NCBI GenBank assembly: GCA_002633005.1
Contig: NMRA01000155.1
Location: forward strand, 1 to 64,000
DNA from: Phoronis australis
Lineage: Eukaryota; Animalia; Phoronida
Direction of reading: 5' to 3'
DNA length: 64,000 nucleotides
Notes under the pieces: model-generated
Seen by the model: only the letters and a program-made list of their open reading frames with translations
Database searches by the model: none
Told to the model about the DNA's origin: nothing
Shown: positions 55,881 through 64,000 of the stretch, in pieces
How positions within the stretch are numbered: position 1 is the first letter of the stretch
How the letters are laid out: every line of letters starts with the position of its first letter
Made by a program: the position numbers and the translations under genes

Positions 55881-56710
55881 AAGGATACTCGTTTAAAAAC
55901 TTTTTGGCGCTTTATAGTCGACTCACTTATCGTTTATCTGAAGTAGTCCGTCAACGACCACAGTTAGCAGCGGTCGCAACCCGACGGTTTTCAATTCTAG
56001 TAGCAGGAAAAGCCCGGCAATGCGGTAAGTAGCGGAGCAATTTTAAGCGAGTGGTACTGAAAACGTTACCTGCCTCATATTCCAAATGACTAGAAGCAAA
56101 CGTCGGGAATTGGCGATTTCTAATAAGACCTCAAGAATCCAACGGTTTTTGCTGACTTATACATGTAGCTCTGGTCAACGTTGATACCTTCAAGAACACT
56201 ATGAAACTAAAAACATCCAAAAATGCGTGTTTGTGTCTAATTCCCATTGTGTTCTTTTAAATCCTGCTATGACTACCCTAAGACTGAATCGTTTACCTTT
56301 TCTGCTAATTTGATGTTTTGGACGCCAAAACGTTGATAGACTCCAATATATTGGTTAGTGCACCAAAATAAGAAAATAACAAACAAGTTGTGTTTTACAC
56401 ATTCTCTCCAGGGCACATTTCATTTAATTCACCTTCTTCCAATATTAGTAGACATCCATGACTGTTTTATAAGCAAACATGTTTGCTCTTTAATTGGGCT
56501 ATTCGGAAAATTTCCATTAACTAGAGGGCGCACGTGTAGTGGTGATAGCAGCCTCGATTTCGCGATCCCTTTAAATACATGGTCAAATGGCTTGCAGCCG
56601 TGCCATCGGAATCTGAGATTACGTGAGAGGAAGTAAGTACGCCCTTACACAAAGAAGGTTTAAGATTATTTTAACGATTATTCAATGTTTATTCTACTGA
56701 TGCTTGTTAA

Positions 56711-57320
56711 CTATGATGGGCCACTGGGGGGAAAGTGTCGCCGGAATAAAAGAGCGTAATTGTGTACATTACGCCGTTATTTACGCCGTTAATTACGCCG
56801 TAAAATTACGACCGTAATTTAACTTTTTATGGCGTAAAATTACGCTCGTAGTTTAGTTTAAAGTCTTAGCCAATGACGTTGGGTTTTACAATCCACGATC
56901 GCGCGCGCTCATGGAAATACTTATTTACTGACGGATTTCATGTCTACGATATGAGCGCTGAATCATGGCGGATCAAATGGCTGCTGCCATGTCAGCGATT
57001 GTGCAAGAACGAGCTGCCCAGCAATAGTCGTGTATGTTAGGTCATCACTGATTGGTTTAAATTTGGAACATTCTTAAGGTATTTTACGAGCGTAATTTAC
57101 AGCGACATTTCCCCCTTTTAATTTACTTTATGCGTAATTTTACTGCAACACTTTTGCAATTTAACTTACGCTCGTAATTACGAGCGTAATTTTACGGCGA
57201 AACTTTTCCCCATTTAATTTATATGCGTAATTGTACGGCGACACTCCTGCAATTTAATTTACGCTAGTAATTACGAGCGTAATTTTACGGCGACACTTTC
57301 CCCTCAACGGCCCACCATAG
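56711..57320. mobile_element. TTAA-flanked non-autonomous TIR element with subterminal repeat arrays
   Basis: TTAA|CTATGATGGGCCACTGGGGGGAAAGTGTCGCCG ... CGGCGACACTTTCCCCTCAACGGCCCACCATAG|TTAA; repeated TTACGAGCGTAATTTTACGGCG units. Confidence 0.8.
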
Positions 57321-60300
57321 TTAACTGAGGTACTCGCCGTTGTCCAGTCGACTTCGCGGCAGTCGCCAGTCGGGTTAATCTTTGTTGTGATGTGTGTTAC
57401 AATACTTGACGTAGCACTCGGGATCTTTTCGTACATCAAAGCAGTATTATTGTTTGGAATGATTTCTGACAGGTTTATCAGTGACAGTTACATCAATCAA
57501 TGCTGAACGTTTATGTTGTCAACTCGATATTGGTTAGTGAGTAAAGATTACAATCCAAGCCCAATGGCAAAGGGTACTGACAAATATCCATTAGACTATT
57601 TGTTTACTCCCTATCCTAAGTCTTCCGGAAATCTATTACACGTTGAAATGGAATCTATCAAGTCTGTTTTGACGTGACCTTTGGTTTTTAGGTTTGAGTG
57701 CTTGTACCGTACAGAGGAGATATGCATCGCTTCTTCACAATCCCTGAATGGACAAAAAATTGGTTTGAAGCATTTGACTGCAGCTAACCAGCAAGATCTT
57801 CCCATTCAGTGCAGATCCGTTGTCAAAGCCTACTTTCTATATTGGAGATAACGAACAAAGCCTTTGAAAAGGAACAGCTGTTTTTAAAGAAAGGCATGTA
57901 AGTCGTTTTGTTAGTTTACTTCTTCAGATCCTTGCGCTGTGGATTGGCAAAAGGGGTTGGGGTTATAAAGTTTGGTGCAACTGAATGTGTGGAAATAACA
58001 GGTAATACATAATTGGAGGAAAGAGCATGGTGAGGTAATTCTTAACCTGCATGAAGTTCCTTCAAGTTTATTTCATGAAACTGTTTTGCTATCAATTGTA
58101 AATATATTACATTTTCTGAATTCTTAGCGATTGAATAGTCTTAACTCATGCCCTGAAATGTTGCAAGTCGTTTATAAATTCAAATGACTTACATTTTTGT
58201 GAAAATTACATTTTTGTTGGTGTCTTACGATTTGTAATTACTCTTAAACAGCAGAAAGATTATCCATAATTTTTTAAATGACACAATTCTTCATATCTTC
58301 GATTAGAAGAAAAATAAAAAGTCTGAGATACTGTTCCCTCAGCCTTAGACTAGAATTATGCTTGGCAGACCCATGGTTCTGTAATCAGAGTTTAAAATTG
58401 CTGAAAGTATCAAAAATAAAAAGGCTTGAAAATGGGGAACAAAGATTTGAAATTGTCTCAAAAAACTTGCACATTTTTCAGACAAGTGATGCGTTTAAAT
58501 ATTGTTATGGCTACGAATGAAAAATAAAGACGTAGTTATATACAATTATACTTATTATATACACCCTTGCTTTCTGAAAATAATTATTTATCTTTGTGTG
58601 AAATTGTAAAGCAGTCACCGTATCATATTTTTGAAAAACAGGGGTAGCATTTTTGACCCAACCTGGAGTACTTAATTATTAATATTTCAATATTTGTTCC
58701 AGGCTCACGTCAAGCCGCAACATAGACAAGCTTTGTTACTCCTTTCTCGTCCCACAGCATTTCCACACACCAGCAGTGCTGCATGGCACAATGTAAAATT
58801 GAGTGGCCCTGGAGAAATGTGAATCGCTGTACTACGTTACCACAAGACAATGTGCCAGTGGATTGTTTGTGTATGAAGAGGAACTATACATGACTGCTAC
58901 ACAAGTTAGCCTCGTTGGTGAAGATGCTCTTTCATAGGCAATGAGTCATGTGTGGACATTAGCTTATTTCCTTTCCTAGAAGAAACATGAGGAACTGAAG
59001 CTAAAGATGACGTAGTGACACTCTGGTCTAGTTCAGGGTCAGATTTTGGGCACAAAACGAGTCAAGTGATATTCTGTTTTATGTACCTTAAAGGATCTAA
59101 TTGTGGATGTTGTTGAGGCTGAATGGGGTTACATGAAGGAAAGCCACGTGACGAAACTGGACCTTTTTTACAAGCGCTTCTATAGGTCATTGAAACTAGA
59201 TCACAGTGAAATGAAGACCACAAGCATCTGGTATCAATACCTGTCCTTTCACACTGAGTGACATTAACTTTTCCTTTCAGAAGAAAGGCTTTATACTAAC
59301 AGTAAAAACTTTTCAACTTGGCACAAATTATGGGGAAATGACATTCAGAGACTGCATCGATTGTCTTATTGTCAGTAGAAAGCCCGTTAATGTTACACTT
59401 TGATGATCGAATAAATTTTTCATTAACAGGCAAGTTAGTCACTAATTACTGAAACCACAATATTTCTTCAGTTTTAAAGCCCCATACAGTGCAGTTGTGC
59501 ATATTCTTTGTAAAGCTGAAATGATTACCGAATACTCTTGCGAATTGTCATTTTGCTGTTGACCTATGTGCAGCGATCAAAATGAAGTATCCCCTTTGTT
59601 TGCATGAGCTTTCTGATGAAGGCCTTTGAACAATTTTAAGTTTTGTGTTAACTTGTCTATAAACAAAAGTTCCACATGCAAGAAAAGTATGTTTTCAATT
59701 GTAGCTAGCTGGATAAGAATCTGCTATGCACAAGAATCGAGAATAAAAATTATCAGTGCATTGAAAAACAAAATGGCAAACAGAACAACCACATATATAC
59801 AGAGAGACAACAATGTTAAAAACAATTGTGATTTTCCTAATGCAACGGAGTCCATAATCAGACATATTAAGCGCTGAATTTTTGAATTACATTCAATACT
59901 CTCAGGTTATTGCTGAATGATTGCTTTTCACTTTGTCCAAAGTAAAATAGACGGACAGGCGGCTGGTTTCAGTCGTTTTCTCTCACCTGTAACAGAATAG
60001 TCAGAGAAATATTACAAAATTGTAGAAGAAAACACAAGACAAAACAACATTTGTAAGGCAGAACATACTTGACGTTTCATCTTCATGTTTATAGGTAGAA
60101 ACTAATAATCTTTGTACCCAAGACTTATTTAAGATCTGAATTAAAATATGTGAAACAGGCTAAAAGTGATTTAACAATGTGTATTTTTCATGACACGTAA
60201 AATGTGCTTCTGATCTCAACAAGTAAAATTCATTCTAGGTTTCAATTTTTATTCCAATGCAATGACACTACATTTATTGAATAGCTTATTCATGTTAATT

Positions 60301-61316
60301 CGGCAACTAAACTGGTAGACCTAGGGGTGGGGGCCGCTATAAATTAAGGAAACTCACTGATCTAGAGAATTTTAGTGGATATAGCATACATGTAGCTTTG
60401 AAGAGAAACTGCTGTGAAAAAAACACCCTTGACTTCTGAGCTTCACGTACCAAACACCTCTTATGTTGGGCGGATTCCCACCCATGACAATAATAATGTG
60501 ATCATGTGCTGCTAACCTACCCGGCATCCGAGTCCCGGGTGAGTTTTCTAGAAGAAACAATTAGTTCCACTCAACAAATTATTCAGTGGGGTAACTGGTG
60601 GGGATAAACTCATCGAACGATGTCGATAGAAACTGGTTGCCAAAAACTTACCAAGTAACGTTACAGTATGCAGTCTCCCAATGCAAATGCAAAGAGCACA
60701 CACGGGGCTTCGGAATCCACACACTTTTTGTCAGTTGGTTGACCCTTTTGACCTCAATCGCGAATATAGTAACCTCAGGTCTTTTGGGAATTTGTGACCA
60801 CCTGTCGAAGACTTGCACCGGGGAAAATAGCAATAATAAGGTTTTGCGCGACGACGTATTTTGATAACATTTCGTCTTTTTACCAGCTGCTTACATGCAG
60901 ACAGCGGCGCATGCGCAATTCAACCACCACTAGTACAGCAGCGTCACCCCAAGGAGAATTTCTCCGAATAGTCCCATTAGTTAGCACTGCAACATGTGTG
61001 AGAAGAACGTGCCCCGTGACTGCTTCAGTGCTTAAGCCGTTCTTTCATAAGTTAATTGAATCACCGATTGCCATCCCCTGTCGATTAACCTGAAAAGCGC
61101 AATACCGGAACTAATGATGATGTAAGAAGACTTCAGGTAATGCGATGCTAGCTGTGGAATGTCTTTCACCATCAAGCTTTTATTTAATCGTTTGGTTTCG
61201 TGCATATGCATTGACTGTCTGTTAATATAAGTTTATTGTAAACCAGAATGTTCCAGTGCATGTGCAGTGCTCTTTATCCTTTACAACCACATGGAGACGC
61301 AAAATGTAACAACCGG

Positions 61317-62498
61317 CTACATCACTGTGCTTTGTTCTGCGTTACTCACGTGTCTTTCGACGGTAGCCATTTTGTTAGAATTCTGCCCCGTTCCCTCAAC
61401 TTGTTCCTTCAGTTTCCAGAAGCAGAAGAGATCATGGAGAACATGCCGGTAAAATGTAAAACTCAACGTATACACCAAAGGCTTAGCCGCACTGTTAAAG
61501 ATGAGTCCGAGATCGGACAAAATTCTGAATACGAAATAAGCCCAACCGTCTGTTTCATGGGACAAGTTAAGTATAAATATTAAAGTCGATGGGAACTGGC
61601 AGAACAGGAACCCAGCCATTTGTATGATTAACATGCGACTCATTTCTTTTTGTTCTATCCTCCTGTTTTCAAATGCGTCACTGTCGTTGTTATTATTAAC
61701 TCCTACGACCGGCTGCGAGTACGAAATGATTCCCTGTCTCATTTTCACCGAAAGCCAAATCATCAAAACTAGACACACTAACCAAGGCAGTAGACAGTTG
61801 AGAACGACTTTAAGCGTAATGTAAACGCGTGCCATGCTCTTGGACAGCCGGCCGTAAGGAACAATTTTAGGGTTGGTGCCGTTGCTTTCAGCGATGTCGA
61901 CAGTGGCGAAGTCGGGAATGTTAAGTACAAGTGCGGAAGCGTAAATAAGGACAATGAATCCTCGCAGGCGGATGTCTGTGAACCAAGGCTGGGCTTTGAT
62001 GGGAGAGGAGGCCATAAAAAAACAGTAAATGGCCAGGAACATCACGCACCAGTTAGAAGACGTCAAGAACAGGTTGGCTGGCATAAAAAACGTGTGGTAA
62101 TAAAGCCACCAGGAGTACGATTCCGTGTTCTTATCGATGAAAGCAGTACTGACCGCCGGCGGGCTGTGATACGCGAAGAAGTGCAGGTTGAAAATACACA
62201 TAATCATCAACACCATGAAGTCAGCTACCGCGAGCCCTTGGAAAATGAGGCATGTATCCAAGCGCCGCCTGGTGAGTATAATGAGATTAAATGTATTGCA
62301 TATCATTCCGATAATACATAGAAACGGATTGATAACTCCTCCGAAGATGACACCCGTAGTCAAGTAAACGTCAAGCATTTGGCCTCCTTTAGTGTCATTG
62401 CTACCGCTAGGCGAAGTGGAGTCGTTGTTCCCACAGCAATCGCGGATGAAAAGAATACTGGAGAGAATGGTCGCAGTCAGACCACGCGAAAAATCCAT
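61317..62498 (-). CDS. Class A (rhodopsin-like) GPCR, FMRFamide/peptide-receptor-like, single coding exon
   Basis: Seven hydrophobic segments; TM1 GMICNTFNLIIL, TM2 LAVADF, TM4 LNIP, TM5 LLPW, TM6 FLFCQFP, TM7 NSAAKPLVY. A splice acceptor ttttttcag at ~62521 precedes ATG 62498 (MDFSRG...), followed by a signal-peptide-like segment and N-glycosylation sequons NDS/NDT. Confidence 0.9.
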   Translation of the reverse strand: MDFSRGLTATILSSILFIRDCCGNNDSTSPSGSNDTKGGQMLDVYLTTGVIFGGVINPFLCIIGMICNTFNLIILTRRRLDTCLIFQGLAVADFMVLMIMCIFNLHFFAYHSPPAVSTAFIDKNTESYSWWLYYHTFFMPANLFLTSSNWCVMFLAIYCFFMASSPIKAQPWFTDIRLRGFIVLIYASALVLNIPDFATVDIAESNGTNPKIVPYGRLSKSMARVYITLKVVLNCLLPWLVCLVLMIWLSVKMRQGIISYSQPVVGVNNNNDSDAFENRRIEQKEMSRMLIIQMAGFLFCQFPSTLIFILNLSHETDGWAYFVFRILSDLGLIFNSAAKPLVYTLSFTFYRHVLHDLFCFWKLKEQVEGTGQNSNKMATVERHVSNAEQSTVM

Positions 62499-64000
62499 TT
62501 CTGCGAGCTTCTGAACACCGCTGAAAAAATGAAACATTGACAACAAAGACATTTATGACTTTGATAGAGCGTTATATTTGATTTTAATGGCTGAACGTGA
62601 CCATTAAATTAGAAATGGAGCGTGCAGCTATTGGTAGTGTGTAAACCAACATTTTCGTGTGAATTTGAAGCTCTACTAGCGAGCACAGACACGGGTGCGC
62701 AGTAATTTTATTAACAACTATGTTAACCCTTACACGTCGAAATAATGATCTTGTGAAGACGTTTATCTTGAGAAATAATACGATAAATATAACTTTATGG
62801 AAACCAAATAGCTCTTCATAAGAGCTTATCAATTCACTCGAAGATTAGCACGAGTCTCTGTTCAACTTGCATTCCTCACCTACCGGTGAACTTGGAAACT
62901 ACGGCATTTACTTGGCATATTCGGGCTGCCATTCTGGTGACTGCTAATTGTAATATGACGTCACCAGGCCAAACTATGAGATCATAAGATGTCAAACGAT
63001 TTTTAAAATTCGCCTTTGTAATAGAAATGTTAAAAGAAACGAAATTTGAGAATTTAAAAGTACTAGAAAATAATTGCAGGCTGCCTTAGTGCTCGAACGT
63101 TGTACCAGACGAACACTTACATGTATGTCCAGTTCACTGGTCAACTGGAGTTATTTTACGCTTCATTAATTGCATAATTAAAACCGAGCTGAGGAGCTTG
63201 AGACTTGACCTGGCTCTAACAGTGTACAATGTACCACAACGGGATTCAAGCCCAGCCCTGCCTAAGCTGAGTAAACAGAGCGAACACTAATTGTTGCTAC
63301 TAAAATAATTTACGTAGTATTTCCCCCATATTAGGAATTCTTCTCTTTTCTCTTGTCCATTTCCAGAGTCTAGGAAAAGTTTTTTGATGGAATTTCAACT
63401 ACTTTGCTTGTGATGAGTGTTGGCTAAGAATGATTTCTTGTTGAGTATCTAGCTAACACGGTCGTACTGTGCTATGAATTCCCGGTACCGGTGGATATGG
63501 AACTTCGTTGTCGTTGATTTGGTCCACCACGGCCATTTACATGTAATGTATATGTATAGAAATAACAACGAATAACAGCATATAAGCATATCACACCACC
63601 AGACTGAAAATCAAATTTTTAGATTCGGAACATTGCAGCCGTAAGTCTAAATAAGAACAGACAAGACAAAATCTATGTGTGCACTTTATTCACGCAGTCG
63701 CCATTTTAAATTTGGACCTATTTTTAGGTTTAAAACAATGGTTTTGAGACATAAATATAACGAGGCACGAGAAAAAAAAATCACGGTTTGCACTGTCATT
63801 AAATGCGGAACACATTGTTCATAAAGTGTAAAAGGACTTTCTTTGTAATATGGCGACTGCCTGAACAAGGTGTATTTAGCAACCGACTTCGGCATGGAAT
63901 TCCCTGCTTAGGGAAAATCACGTGTGTGTGTAATGACACAATTTGCAATTTGGATTGTGATAGAGCGCTCATGTTTGTTAAAAAACTCGTGATTCTTTTG

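Noticed and set aside
62499-62552. N-terminal extension of the GPCR ORF (MSLLSMFHFFSG)
   Set aside because: Overlaps a polypyrimidine tract and AG acceptor, so it is probably intron; ATG 62498 is preferred, though an upstream coding exon cannot be excluded.

Overview
AT-rich animal genomic DNA with spliceosomal introns, probably from a marine invertebrate (inferred from gene families and repeats), with two scaffold gaps (19014-19914, 30345-30774). I reconstructed three minus-strand protein genes by hand. (1) A very large secreted mosaic protein: signal peptide, SUEL/Gal-lectin-like domain, EGF modules, Cys-rich modules and many DxTPP...W.GF.D.ESGI FN3/Ig-like repeats; 16 phase-consistent exons from 36495 to 519, about 1780 codons, continuing past the left edge. 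(2) A complete 10-exon M14A zinc carboxypeptidase (49429-39038). (3) An FMRFamide-receptor-like class A GPCR with a single coding exon and degenerate DRY/NPxxY motifs (62498-61317). Introns and intergenic DNA hold a deleted Polinton/Maverick (AGTAGT terminus plus frameshifted pPolB), a decayed L1/Tx1 LINE and several MITEs. A 3.55-kb segment occurs twice across a gap, probably as uncollapsed haplotypes, and each copy carries a different TE insertion. The most unusual structure is a ~350-bp element made of two back-to-back tRNA-like Pol III units around a multi-hairpin core, flanked by a 13-bp direct repeat; in the second copy a CR1-group LINE has inserted into the tRNA-like arm with a 15-bp TSD.
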